A stretch of 32,000 bases of DNA from Bellilinea caldifistulae. GTDB lineage: Bacteria; Chloroflexota; Anaerolineae; Anaerolineales; Anaerolineaceae. A model generated the notes under the pieces. The model was not told the DNA's origin, did no database searches, and worked only from the letters and a program-made list of their open reading frames with translations. This document shows, in pieces, positions 1-8,492 of this stretch. A program made the translations under genes and the position numbers. Location: assembly GCF_001306055.1 (NCBI RefSeq), contig NZ_LGHJ01000019.1, positions 150,001 to 182,000 on the forward strand, written 5' to 3'. Position 1 is the stretch's first letter. The number at the start of each line of letters is the position of its first letter.

Positions 1-291
1 GTTAATGAAATTGGAGCAAGAATGCGCAAAGCCTACACCGATCTGGGCTTTAACATTGGTCATTCGGTTACCCCCATTGTCCCCATCATAATTGGGGATG
101 ATGAAAAAACCTTCCTCACCTGGAAATTACTCTTTGAAAATGGGGTTTTCGTCAACCCCGTCATCAGTCCCGCGGTTGCCCCCGGTCATCAGTTGTTGCG
201 CACCAGTTACATGGCAACTCACACCGATGAGCAACTCGACCGGGTCATTGGGATATTCGAAAAAGTGGGTAAGATGGTCGGCTTGATTTAA
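1..291 (+). CDS. PLP-dependent alpha-oxoamine synthase family protein (Kbl/BioF-like), C-terminal fragment; 5' end lies outside the window
   Basis: Frame 1 is open from base 1 to TAA at 289-291. The tail ..GHQLLRTSYMATHTDEQLDRVIGIFEKVGKMVG resembles the C-termini of 2-amino-3-ketobutyrate CoA ligase / 8-amino-7-oxononanoate synthase. Confidence 0.65.
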   Translation, partial: VNEIGARMRKAYTDLGFNIGHSVTPIVPIIIGDDEKTFLTWKLLFENGVFVNPVISPAVAPGHQLLRTSYMATHTDEQLDRVIGIFEKVGKMVGLI

Positions 292-315
292 TTTTTTTGG
301 AAAATCCAACCATCT

Positions 316-352
316 CAGGCGCAGTGCAAAACCATTTGCCTGCGCCTGTTTT
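316..352 (+). terminator. Rho-independent terminator after the kbl/bioF-like gene
   Basis: 9-bp GC-rich stem CAGGCGCAG (316-324) pairs with CTGCGCCTG (340-348), followed by TTTT (349-352). It sits between convergent genes. Confidence 0.55.
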
Positions 353-1184
353 ACTTAAGCATAAATAAAATGCCGATGGTGTTCGGGCCACAATGGCTCG
401 AAATGGTTGCGCCCGCTATCGTAACCAGAACTTCTTGCACGGCTCCAGTCTTTCGAATTTCTTCCACCAGATACGCAGCATCCTCATCACATCCTGTATG
501 CGTGACGAAAACACGGGTTGGATCCACATGGGGTAAATGGGATTTGAAATCCTCCAGCATGGAGTTCAATCCCTTCATCCGCCCCCCACGTATTTTCTCC
601 TTGACACCCAGTGTCCCATCGCTGCGAACTTCGATAATCGGCCGTATTTTCAAAACCGAACCAACAATTGCCTGTAAGGCCGTACACCGACCACCTTTGT
701 AAAGATACTCCATTGTATCAATGATAAATGAAGTGCGTACTTTGGGTACCCAGCGCTGGATTTCTTCACTTATTTCTGCTGCACCCCAGCCAGCATCGCG
801 TAAATCGGCTGCCTTCAACACCAGCAGACCAATTCCCGTGGAGAGATTCAGCGAATCAACAATATAAACTTTCTTGTTGCCATCCAATAACTCCAAAGCA
901 AGAATACTGTTAGGGACTGTGGCAGAAAGTTTAGATGAAATACCAATATAAATTGTTTCACCGGGAGTCCTGAAAAACTCGGCAAATTCGGCAATCGAAG
1001 GCGCAGCCGTTTTGGGAAGGTTGCCACTTTCTTCTACAAACTTAAATAACTGTTGAGGGGTTACCTCCCCATCTTTCAAATTCTGATTATTAATAAATAC
1101 TTGTAGCGGAAGGACGCGGATATTCCGACTTTGAATAATCTCACGGGATAAATCTGAGCATGAATCCGTCGTCAAGTCAATCAT
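351..1184 (-). CDS. DegV family fatty-acid-binding protein
   Basis: 277 aa. N-terminal ..TDSCSDL.., ..KTAAPS.., ISSKLSAT, YLYKGGR and C-terminal SSHCGPNTIG match the DegV/FakB pattern. AAGGTGA SD lies upstream of the ATG. Confidence 0.85.
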   Translation of the reverse strand: MIDLTTDSCSDLSREIIQSRNIRVLPLQVFINNQNLKDGEVTPQQLFKFVEESGNLPKTAAPSIAEFAEFFRTPGETIYIGISSKLSATVPNSILALELLDGNKKVYIVDSLNLSTGIGLLVLKAADLRDAGWGAAEISEEIQRWVPKVRTSFIIDTMEYLYKGGRCTALQAIVGSVLKIRPIIEVRSDGTLGVKEKIRGGRMKGLNSMLEDFKSHLPHVDPTRVFVTHTGCDEDAAYLVEEIRKTGAVQEVLVTIAGATISSHCGPNTIGILFMLK

Positions 1185-1211
1185 TTTTTCACCTTGTATC
1201 GAATGGATGAT

Positions 1212-1242
1212 TTTACAAAAAAAAGACCTTACCTATTATAAT
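1212..1242 (+). promoter_or_regulatory. Possible sigma70-type promoter for the HAD-like gene
   Basis: TTTACA (1212-1217) and TATAAT (1237-1242) with a long 19-nt spacer. The palindromic TATTATAAT also gives a TATAAT on the minus strand (1235-1240) facing degV. Confidence 0.3.
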
Positions 1243-1262
1243 GAGCCTTCAGAGGTTTGGCT

Positions 1263-2477
1263 ATGGCAAACATTTTTTTACTGGATATTGACGGAGTGCT
1301 GGTTAAACCCGGCGGCTATCGCACCGCTCTTCATCGAACCATTGCGTTTTTTCTCGAACAACTCGGCTTGCCGGATCATTTCAATCTAACCGAAGAGGAA
1401 ATCGGCATTTTTGAAGCAAACGGCATTACCAGCGAATGGGATATGATCCCTCTGACATATGCCACGATTTTCGAAACTGCACTTTCCACCCAAAACATTC
1501 ACCTGCCTTCTTTACAACATGCTATTGAGTGGTTCCGCGATTGCAGCCCGCTGCATGACCGCCCCGCTTATACCGCACATATCCCACAATGGTTGAAATG
1601 GGGTACAGCGGGGTTACCTCTTGCCGACTCGATTTATAACCGTTTTCGGGAAAATCTTTCCCATCATCCTTATCCCAATCTTGCTGCTCAACCCTTTGCG
1701 GGTGAAATACTTTCAAACACGCGTGATTTTTCCAAAAATCCCTTCAGCCGCTTGTTTCAAAATCACGTACTGGGCGAAACCACCTTTAAGCAAATTTATC
1801 CGGGATTACCAGCCGTTGCCGTTGAGTCTACTCTGGAAAAATACGATCAACCCAATCTGCCAGCAGAACTTCAAATTGAATTAAGAAATCATCTCCAAAA
1901 CCGTCGAATTCAGGCCGCGGCAATGACTTTGCGTCCCAACCGATTACAGGGGGTTTCAGTCAATGGGAATCATTACCGCGCCGGCTTCTCTCCCGAAGCC
2001 GAAATTGCTCTTCGGATGACAGGATTGGACGGTATTGCACTGGCTGGTTACGGAACTCTCTTGTGGGCATGCCAGCAATATCATCTTGCAATTGATCAGG
2101 TCTTAAAACCCTCAGAATTTCATGCCTTAACCGCCATAGCACTGGCGTTTAACGATCTTCCTGAAGCTGTGGAATTTTGCATGAGCCTGTATCAAGGCAT
2201 TCCTTTCCAGGAACAGGTAAAATCAACCGCTCATCTCGCCAGGTATCTTCCAAATGAACCGCTCCACATACACATTTTTGAGGATTCACCAAACGGAATC
2301 CGCTCGGTGTTGCGTGCATCACAGATCCTTGAGAATGCCGGCTGGGTAGTAACCTGTTATCTTTGGGGGATCACCACTCACCCGCACAAGAAAAAAGCAT
2401 TGGAAGAATCAGGTGCTACGGTGTTTTCCAGCGCCAGTGATGCCTTGAGATCCGTCTTGAAAATGATCAACAACTAG
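1263..2477 (+). CDS. HAD-superfamily hydrolase-like protein with an oversized insert
   Basis: ATG at 1263 lies 7 nt after AGAGG; the ORF-track start at 1257 is TTG. Motif I is FLLDIDGVL near the N-terminus and the motif IV-like sequence IFEDSPNG is at residues 340-345. Confidence 0.55.
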   Translation: MANIFLLDIDGVLVKPGGYRTALHRTIAFFLEQLGLPDHFNLTEEEIGIFEANGITSEWDMIPLTYATIFETALSTQNIHLPSLQHAIEWFRDCSPLHDRPAYTAHIPQWLKWGTAGLPLADSIYNRFRENLSHHPYPNLAAQPFAGEILSNTRDFSKNPFSRLFQNHVLGETTFKQIYPGLPAVAVESTLEKYDQPNLPAELQIELRNHLQNRRIQAAAMTLRPNRLQGVSVNGNHYRAGFSPEAEIALRMTGLDGIALAGYGTLLWACQQYHLAIDQVLKPSEFHALTAIALAFNDLPEAVEFCMSLYQGIPFQEQVKSTAHLARYLPNEPLHIHIFEDSPNGIRSVLRASQILENAGWVVTCYLWGITTHPHKKKALEESGATVFSSASDALRSVLKMINN

Positions 2478-3226
2478 CGCAAAGTCCGCTGATCTACGGG
2501 GATTACGGCGTTTCGGCGCAATTCCGGCACTGGAATATACGCTTCATCGCTGTTCTCGCTAACATATTCTGGTTCGGGGCGAATTTCCTTTGACTTGCGG
2601 CTTTGAGCGTAGATCGCTTCCTTGCGGGTCAGGCGTAATGGCTGAGCACCAGGGATTGAGGAATTTGGAACGCTTCTTTCCACTTGAGCCATATTCCTTT
2701 CTGGCACACGCTCTGTGGTTCTCTCTTCTGGCCATGTAGCATCGAATGAAAATGTGCCAATCAGAAGAATTCGGGTAATCCACACCAGTACGGCAATAAA
2801 AACAGGGATCACCTCAATTAAAATATCTTGTGAGATGAATGAGCTGCTTTGAAGGGTCCGGTTGACCAAAACCAGTGAGATGCTCCACCAGGTCAGGACG
2901 GCATTCATTGTTGCCGCAATCAACCACGCCCCCATCAAGTACCATGTTTCCCTTGAATCATGCGATTCGGGTAGGAACAACCGTGCTATCCCTGCAAAAT
3001 CAATTCCACAAAAAGCGACGGCCAGAATTGTTGCCCATCGGAAACCGGCAAAACGCAGCTCTCCCAATAAATCCCCCAGAGCAAGTTCTGTAGTGCTGTA
3101 ATTGAATACTTCAAATCCAATTAAAGCCACCACCAGAATTGCTCCATAAATTGCCTTGCGTTGACTCTGAAGATAATGAAGCACCTTTTGCCAATGGTTT
3201 GGCTCATAATAGGGTCTTGCGGTCAT
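2474..3226 (-). CDS. Integral membrane protein, unknown function
   Basis: Start chosen at ATG 3226 (MTARPYYEP..), 8 nt after an AGGAG SD and downstream of a consensus promoter. It has several hydrophobic helices and a charged C-terminal tail. I recognise no family. Confidence 0.5.
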   Translation of the reverse strand: MTARPYYEPNHWQKVLHYLQSQRKAIYGAILVVALIGFEVFNYSTTELALGDLLGELRFAGFRWATILAVAFCGIDFAGIARLFLPESHDSRETWYLMGAWLIAATMNAVLTWWSISLVLVNRTLQSSSFISQDILIEVIPVFIAVLVWITRILLIGTFSFDATWPEERTTERVPERNMAQVERSVPNSSIPGAQPLRLTRKEAIYAQSRKSKEIRPEPEYVSENSDEAYIPVPELRRNAVIPVDQRTLR

Positions 3227-3238
3227 CTCATTTACTCC

Positions 3239-3262
3239 TGCACAAAGGAACAATTTTGTGCA
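3239..3262 (-). promoter_or_regulatory. Perfect 8-bp inverted repeat (operator or 5' mRNA hairpin) between the -10 box and SD of the membrane-protein gene
   Basis: On the plus strand, TGCACAAA (3239-3246) and TTTGTGCA (3255-3262) are separated by 8 nt. On the mRNA the 3' arm abuts the GGAG SD. Confidence 0.4.
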
Positions 3263-3267
3263 AGTTC

Positions 3268-3296
3268 ATTATAGAACATTTATTCTAATTTGTCAA
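3268..3296 (-). promoter_or_regulatory. Consensus sigma70-type promoter (TTGACA-17-TATAAT)
   Basis: On the minus strand, TTGACA is at 3291-3296 and TATAAT at 3268-3273, with exactly 17 nt between. It starts immediately after the corA stop codon. Confidence 0.6.
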
Positions 3297-3297
3297 C

Positions 3298-4272
3298 TTA
3301 AAACCAGCGTCTCTTCCGGAAAAAAGTCAACATACCTGCCACAATCAAAATAAAAATCAGCCAAACCATTGGATAACCCCATCTCCATTCCAGTTCAGGC
3401 ATGTAATGGAAATTCATCCCATACACTCCTGCCACGAAGGAAAGCGGCAAAAAGATAGTAGAAACGATAGTCAATGCCTTCATGACTTCGTTCAGGCGCA
3501 GGGAGGTTGCGTTGAGGTAGACCTCTAAAGCACTGGTGGTCATATCCCGGATTCCGTCTAAGAGATCATAAATTCTCACAAGATGATCGTAGATGTCCCG
3601 GAAATACATTCGGCTGTAGGGATCAATCATCGGAAAGTCATCCCGGCACAGACGATTGATTACCTCCCGCTGTGGAGCGATCACCCGCCTCAGGGTCATA
3701 GTGTAGCGTTTCAATCGTAAAATCCGCTCAAGGGTTTTCGGGTCAGGGTTTGAAAGCACCGCCTCTTCGAGGTAGTCTATTTCTTCCTCAAGTTGATCCA
3801 GATGCGGAATGAAGTCATCTACCACCCGATCCAATAGCGCATGACAGAGAAAATCGGAACCATTTTGATAAAGCCGTTCATCTTTTTCGAGCCGTTTCCT
3901 GAAAATTTCGACAGCCGTGATTTTTTTCAAGGAACTGGAAACCAGATAATTTTTTCCAAGGAATATATTCAATTCTCGGGTCGGTTCATCTTCGAACGAA
4001 CCTTCGCCGATCACCGATTGAATAATCAAAAACAGATAATCTCCGTAATCATCAAGTTTGGGTGTCTGGTATCCATCCGATTGGCAGTCTTCCACCGCCA
4101 GCGGGTGAAAGTGAAACTGATTGACCAGAACACGGTTTATCTCATCCGCATCGGATTCCACCATATCAACCCAAACCAACCCTTCCGGATCGGCGAGGGC
4201 ACTTCTCAAAGAAGTAAACGGCAGATTGAATTGGGGGACACCAATTTTGGGGAAATAGACGATTCTGATCAT
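3298..4272 (-). CDS. corA: CorA family magnesium/cobalt transporter
   Basis: 324 aa. The signature YGMNF (..AGVYGMNFHYMPE..) precedes the last TM helix, and there are two C-terminal TM segments. Confidence 0.9.
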   Translation of the reverse strand: MIRIVYFPKIGVPQFNLPFTSLRSALADPEGLVWVDMVESDADEINRVLVNQFHFHPLAVEDCQSDGYQTPKLDDYGDYLFLIIQSVIGEGSFEDEPTRELNIFLGKNYLVSSSLKKITAVEIFRKRLEKDERLYQNGSDFLCHALLDRVVDDFIPHLDQLEEEIDYLEEAVLSNPDPKTLERILRLKRYTMTLRRVIAPQREVINRLCRDDFPMIDPYSRMYFRDIYDHLVRIYDLLDGIRDMTTSALEVYLNATSLRLNEVMKALTIVSTIFLPLSFVAGVYGMNFHYMPELEWRWGYPMVWLIFILIVAGMLTFFRKRRWF

Positions 4273-4321
4273 ACAAAAATCTCGCTTTTCATTGGTGAAA
4301 ATGTTTTTTGCTAATACAGGC

Positions 4322-4349
4322 TTGACAGAATAGATAGGAAAGTTACAAT
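4322..4349 (+). promoter_or_regulatory. sigma70-type promoter for the ACP gene
   Basis: TTGACA (4322-4327), a 16-nt spacer, then TACAAT (4344-4349). GGAGG SD is at 4376-4380. Confidence 0.55.
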
Positions 4350-4386
4350 AATTTCACAGCAGGTATAAACTATTTGGAGGTTTGGT

Positions 4387-4623
4387 ATGAGTGATCTTTA
4401 CGAAGAAGTCAAAGCAGTCATTGTGGAAGTCCTGAAAGTAGATGGGGCGGAAATCACTCCAGAAACACGTTTTATTGAAGACTTAAAAGCGGACTCGATG
4501 GATCAGTTTTTCTTGATTGATGGGTTGAGCGAAAAATTCGATCTGGCAATCAGCGATGAAGACGCCCGCCAAATCAAATCCGTGCAGGATGCAGTAAATT
4601 ACATTCAATCTCATAAAAAGTAA
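4387..4623 (+). CDS. Acyl carrier protein (stand-alone)
   Basis: 78 aa that aligns along its length to AcpP-type carriers. The phosphopantetheine-site motif is DSMD (..LKADSMDQFFLI..) where DSLD is usual. Confidence 0.8.
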   Translation: MSDLYEEVKAVIVEVLKVDGAEITPETRFIEDLKADSMDQFFLIDGLSEKFDLAISDEDARQIKSVQDAVNYIQSHKK

Positions 4624-4631
4624 AAGAAGAA

Positions 4632-4672
4632 GTAGCGTGGAAATGGTCGAATGATTATCTTTTCCACGCTAC
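4632..4672. terminator. Hairpin terminator between convergent ACP and sucD
   Basis: 12-bp stem GTAGCGTGGAAA (4632-4643) pairs with TTTCCACGCTAC (4661-4672). The T-rich tract follows on the minus-strand side (TTCTTCTTTTA). Confidence 0.55.
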
Positions 4673-4699
4673 CTCATTTATAACCCAAAATCCATTTTT

Positions 4700-5569
4700 T
4701 CAACTTCGCAGAAGGGACGGTATTTCCTCCGGGTGGCGCGCAACTCGAACACCGGCATTGTTCAAAGCCTGTATTTTATCCGCGGCCGTCCCGCTTCCGC
4801 CTTCGATAATAGCGCCTGCGTGTCCCATTCGTTTGCCGGGGGGAGCGGTTTGACCGGCAATAAAGGCAACCACTGGTTTGGTCATATGCCTTGAAATATA
4901 TTCAGCGGCTTTCTCTTCATCCGACCCACCGATTTCTCCAATCAAAATCACTCGTTCGGTGTAGGGATCTGCTTCGAATAAACTTAACGCATCTATAAAG
5001 GGGGTGCCGTTTACCGGGTCGCCACCAATGCCAACGCAGGTACTGGCGCCCATCCCGTGGAGTTTCAAGGCGTACAACACTTCATAAGTCAAAGTTCCGG
5101 AACGAGACACCACGCCAATATCTCCGGGTATTGCAATGTTGCCTGGTATGATCCCCACTTTTGCCTCACCGGGAGTTAATGCTCCCGGGCAATTCGGGCC
5201 AACCAACCGAACACCTTTCTGATCCAGATAAGCACGCACTACCATCATGTCCTGTACGGGAATACCCTCAGTAATACAGAAGATGAGCGGGACTCCCGAA
5301 TCAGCCGCTTCAAAGATCGCATCTGCTGCAAACCGAGCCGGCACAAAAATCACCGAAACATTCGCTCCAGTAGCTTCTACGGCCACTTTTACCGAATCAA
5401 AAACTGGTACCTTTCCATCCAGCACCCATTCGCCGCCTTTGCCGGGGGTCACCCCAGCCACAACATTGGTTCCATAAGCGATCATCTGCTGAGCGTGAAA
5501 TGAACCTTCATGCCCGGTTATTCCTTGCACCACCACCCGCGAATGCTTGTTAATCAGGATACTCATCAT
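4700..5569 (-). CDS. sucD: Succinyl-CoA synthetase alpha subunit
   Basis: 289 aa. [22 protein letters not shown] and the catalytic-His context GHAGAI are classic SucD motifs. Confidence 0.95.
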   Translation of the reverse strand: MMSILINKHSRVVVQGITGHEGSFHAQQMIAYGTNVVAGVTPGKGGEWVLDGKVPVFDSVKVAVEATGANVSVIFVPARFAADAIFEAADSGVPLIFCITEGIPVQDMMVVRAYLDQKGVRLVGPNCPGALTPGEAKVGIIPGNIAIPGDIGVVSRSGTLTYEVLYALKLHGMGASTCVGIGGDPVNGTPFIDALSLFEADPYTERVILIGEIGGSDEEKAAEYISRHMTKPVVAFIAGQTAPPGKRMGHAGAIIEGGSGTAADKIQALNNAGVRVARHPEEIPSLLRS

Positions 5570-6705
5570 GCACCTCCCTGGGCAACCTGAACCGACTTCT
5601 GAGCGGCTTCGACCAGCGTTTCAGCTGTGATCATCTGAGCATCCGCAAGCAGACGACGACCTTCTTCGGCATTGGTTCCAACCAGTCTTACCACCATGGG
5701 TACACTCGGCTTAACTTCCCCGATCGCGGCAAGGATTCCACGTGCAACCTCGTCACAGCGGGTAATTCCACCAAAAATATTGATCAATACTGCTTTGACA
5801 TTTGCATCGGAAAGAATAATCCTCAGCGCGGCTGCCACCTTATCTGCGCCGGCTCCTCCGCCAATGTCCAGAAAATTCGCCGGTGACCCGCCGTATAATT
5901 TGATGATGTCCATTGTCGCCATTGCCAAACCAGCACCGTTGACCATACAGCCAATTTCTCCATCGAGCTTAATGTACGATAAACCGTATTTTCTGGCTTC
6001 AATTTCAGCAGGTGCTTCAATATCCAGATCCCGCTTTTCAGCCAAATCCGTGTGACGGAAGAGAGCGTTATCGTCTATGCTCATCTTTCCATCCAATGCC
6101 AGTAATCGTTGATCTTTGGTGATCACCAATGGATTAATTTCAACCAGGGTTGCATCGGTTTCGCGATAGACTCGCCATAAAGATTCAGCCAGGGAGATAA
6201 ACGAACGCCAAAATGGTTTGGGCAGGTCAATCGAGACCGCAACATCCCGGGATTGATATTCTCTCAGTCCCAAAAGCGGATCAATCAGGATTTTGATGAT
6301 TTTTTCGGGAGTTCGGGCGGCTACTTCCTCAATATCCACCCCGCCCTCAGCAGAAGCCATCAAAACCGGCTTTCTAGAAGAACGATCGTTGGTTATCCCC
6401 AGGTAGATCTCTTTTTCGATACTCACGGCTTCATCCACCAGCACCTTTCGAACAGGCAAACCTTTAATTTCCATTCCTAAAATCAAAGTTGCCAGTTCTT
6501 CAGCTTCCTGGCTCGATTTTGCCAGACGAATGCCGCCAGCCTTCCCTCTGCCGCCCACCAGAACCTGCGATTTTACGACAACTTTTCCGCCCAATTCTTC
6601 GGCGATTTGTTTTGCCTCGGCAGGATTGGCAGCCACCCTTCCGCGCGGGATGGGTATCCCATACTGCGAAAAGATTTGTTTTGCCTGATATTCATGTAGA
6701 TTCAT
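5566..6705 (-). CDS. sucC: Succinyl-CoA synthetase beta subunit
   Basis: Start set at ATG 6705 ([12 protein letters not shown].., the canonical SucC N-terminus) with a GGAGAG SD upstream. It overlaps sucD by 4 nt. The 37 extra N-terminal residues in the ORF track are rejected. Confidence 0.95.
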   Translation of the reverse strand: MNLHEYQAKQIFSQYGIPIPRGRVAANPAEAKQIAEELGGKVVVKSQVLVGGRGKAGGIRLAKSSQEAEELATLILGMEIKGLPVRKVLVDEAVSIEKEIYLGITNDRSSRKPVLMASAEGGVDIEEVAARTPEKIIKILIDPLLGLREYQSRDVAVSIDLPKPFWRSFISLAESLWRVYRETDATLVEINPLVITKDQRLLALDGKMSIDDNALFRHTDLAEKRDLDIEAPAEIEARKYGLSYIKLDGEIGCMVNGAGLAMATMDIIKLYGGSPANFLDIGGGAGADKVAAALRIILSDANVKAVLINIFGGITRCDEVARGILAAIGEVKPSVPMVVRLVGTNAEEGRRLLADAQMITAETLVEAAQKSVQVAQGGA

Positions 6706-6750
6706 AGACTCTCCCCAAACCAAAGATACCCGGCCTTGACCGATGTGGGG

Positions 6751-6759
6751 ATTATACCA
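6751..6759 (-). promoter_or_regulatory. Possible extended -10 promoter (TGGTATAAT) for sucCD
   Basis: The minus strand reads TGGTATAAT about 45 nt upstream of the sucC ATG. There is no good -35 box. Confidence 0.35.
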
Positions 6760-6794
6760 CGAGGTCAATTCAGATAAATAAGGTTTTAAATACA

Positions 6795-6830
6795 AAAAGA
6801 CCCGACATTTCATCAAGCCGGGTCTTTTTC
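6795..6830 (-). terminator. Rho-independent terminator ending the SPFH operon
   Basis: The minus strand reads AAAAAGACCCG-(14 nt)-CGGGTCTTTTT, starting 8 nt after the stop codon at 6838. Confidence 0.7.
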
Positions 6831-6837
6831 AAAAATC

Positions 6838-7887
6838 TCAACCTTTCAAGAACTCTTCCAGAGCTTCTTTGCTGATTCGATAAGCGTTTCCAATCTTTTT
6901 GGCTTTCAATTCCCCGGACTGAATTGCTGCCACCACATCTTCTTCTGAGACTTTGAGAATCTGAGCCGCCTCACCCGGCGTCATAACCGAGGGAATTGCT
7001 GCTGCCCCAGCCGCCGAGGTGGCTTGTCCGCCTTGCCCGCCACTGGCCATGCCTTGTAAAGATTGGGAGATGACATTTCCCAAGCCTACACCGGCACCAA
7101 TCCCCGCAGTCAAACCCGCCCCGCCGCTGGGATTTTGGGCCGCGTCGCGCAATGCATCTGCCGCCTGCAATTGGGTATAGGTTGCCATATCGAGCATGCC
7201 CATCGCGCGCAGTTCTTCTGCAGATTTTTCAGATGGTTTGAGGCTTCCAATGTAGAAGGATTTCAGCAGAAGACCCAATGCGGCAAAGTCATCTTGTGCT
7301 TTGGCGCGCACGCCTGCCCCAATTTCTTCAATCAGTCCAATCATTTCAGCAACAGATTTTGTTGCCCCAATTTCACCCAACAGGTCTTGCAGTTTGGAAA
7401 GCAGCATGGTGCGCAGGCGGTTTTCAATATCGGCCATGCGATAGGCACCCTGCGCCCCTACAATTTGGGTTACAAACTGCTGGGCATCCTTTACCTGAAA
7501 ACTATATGTACCAAAGCCCTGCAGCAACGCAACTCCCAATCCCATCCCCGGATTTCTGACGAGAATGGGTTGCGGGGTGCCCCATTTTCGATCGGGGAAT
7601 TCCCGCATCGAAACAAAATAAACCTCTGCGGTAAAAGGAGTGCGGTCGTTAAAGGCCAGCCCAATCAGTCGAGTCAAAAGCGGTATATTCGCAGTTGTGA
7701 TGGTATGGCGGCCGGGACCAAACACATCGAGGGCATGACCGTCTCGCATAAACACCGCATTTTGAGACTCACGCACAATCACCTGAGAACCGAGCCGCAA
7801 ATCGGCAATTCCTTGCTCAGGGAAGCGATGAACCAGCTCATCGGTCATCTCGCTCGGATATTCAACAACATCAAATATTCTTGCCAT
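6838..7887 (-). CDS. SPFH/Band-7 superfamily protein of the YdjI/COG4260 type, fused to a C-terminal excisionase-type HTH
   Basis: 349 aa. The N-terminal 250 aa (MARIFDVVEYP..LRLGSQVIVRESQNAVFMRDG..FGPG.H..) resemble the 'virion core protein-like' SPFH family. A Gly-rich linker and an HTH tail follow. GAGGAG SD. Confidence 0.7.
   Translation of the reverse strand: MARIFDVVEYPSEMTDELVHRFPEQGIADLRLGSQVIVRESQNAVFMRDGHALDVFGPGRHTITTANIPLLTRLIGLAFNDRTPFTAEVYFVSMREFPDRKWGTPQPILVRNPGMGLGVALLQGFGTYSFQVKDAQQFVTQIVGAQGAYRMADIENRLRTMLLSKLQDLLGEIGATKSVAEMIGLIEEIGAGVRAKAQDDFAALGLLLKSFYIGSLKPSEKSAEELRAMGMLDMATYTQLQAADALRDAAQNPSGGAGLTAGIGAGVGLGNVISQSLQGMASGGQGGQATSAAGAAAIPSVMTPGEAAQILKVSEEDVVAAIQSGELKAKKIGNAYRISKEALEEFLKG
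6841..6984 (-). other. HTH_17 / excisionase-family DNA-binding domain (residues 302-349 of the SPFH protein)
   Basis: MTPGEAAQILKVSEEDVVAAIQSGELKAKKIGNAYRISKEALEEFL matches the excisionase/MerR-like helix-turn-helix pattern (lT..EaA.lL.vS...v......G.l.a.k.G...ri....l.efl). Confidence 0.65.
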
Positions 7888-7923
7888 GGTATGATCACTC
7901 CTCTCAAAACATGTGACTGGAAT

Positions 7924-8460
7924 TTACGATTCTGTCCCGCCAGCCTGAAAATTTATCATGATTTCGTCTCTCTTATTGAAGGCATCCAAACAGGCCTGGG
8001 CTGTGGTGGTAAGGTTTCGTATGGCAGCCGGCAGACCTTCGGTTCCTAAAGAAGCCTCAACGTGGTCAATTGCCCGGGCAACTTCATCGGCCAGATCAAA
8101 CATTGCACTATCATACTCATACACTCGTGCGAGATCTTCGCTGTTGATCTTTACAGCTGCAAAAAACGGAGAATAGCCGTAGGAAGCCGTGCGAATCCGA
8201 TCAACGAACTGACGCAGTTTAATTGCCGCTGCTTCCAGATCGTCAATTCGGCCAATTTCACCGGATGAAATCAACTCTAGCTGTAAACCCGAAATCCGCT
8301 GCCATAATTGTTCGAACCGGTTGGCTACCGCTTCTCGCAATAGTTTATCGGAAATCTTGCGATTCCTTTTTTCAAGATAGCCCTTAAAACCCGGCACATT
8401 GGCCAACAACTTTTTGATGATGTCCTGATCACCCGTAACCCGTTCAAATAAGTCGCTCAT
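7924..8460 (-). CDS. Hypothetical soluble, probably all-helical protein; first gene of the SPFH operon
   Basis: Start at ATG 8460 (MSDLFERV..) follows a GGGAGG SD. It lies 36 nt upstream of the SPFH gene, has no TM segment, and matches no family I recognise. Confidence 0.6.
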   Translation of the reverse strand: MSDLFERVTGDQDIIKKLLANVPGFKGYLEKRNRKISDKLLREAVANRFEQLWQRISGLQLELISSGEIGRIDDLEAAAIKLRQFVDRIRTASYGYSPFFAAVKINSEDLARVYEYDSAMFDLADEVARAIDHVEASLGTEGLPAAIRNLTTTAQACLDAFNKRDEIMINFQAGGTES

Positions 8461-8492
8461 TTTGCCTCCCAATTTGTCATTGATCTTTTATC

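Noticed and set aside
3841-4314. A 157-aa plus-strand ORF lies antisense to corA.
   Set aside because: It lies wholly within the well-supported corA coding region and runs into the ACP promoter region. It has no SD or family resemblance.
6706-6816. The ORF track gives sucC a 37-residue N-terminal extension ([10 protein letters not shown]..).
   Set aside because: The canonical SucC N-terminus MNLHEYQAK begins at ATG 6705 with a GGAGAG SD. The extension overlaps the terminator of the upstream operon.
6841-6984. The excisionase-type HTH could mark a prophage or integrative-element remnant.
   Set aside because: The HTH is in frame as the C-terminus of the SPFH protein. No integrase, att-like repeats or phage genes are nearby.
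7063-8049. A 328-aa plus-strand ORF lies opposite the SPFH gene and its partner.
   Set aside because: It is an antisense ORF spanning two well-supported minus-strand genes and their intergenic SD. It has Arg/Cys/His-rich composition, no SD and no recognisable family.
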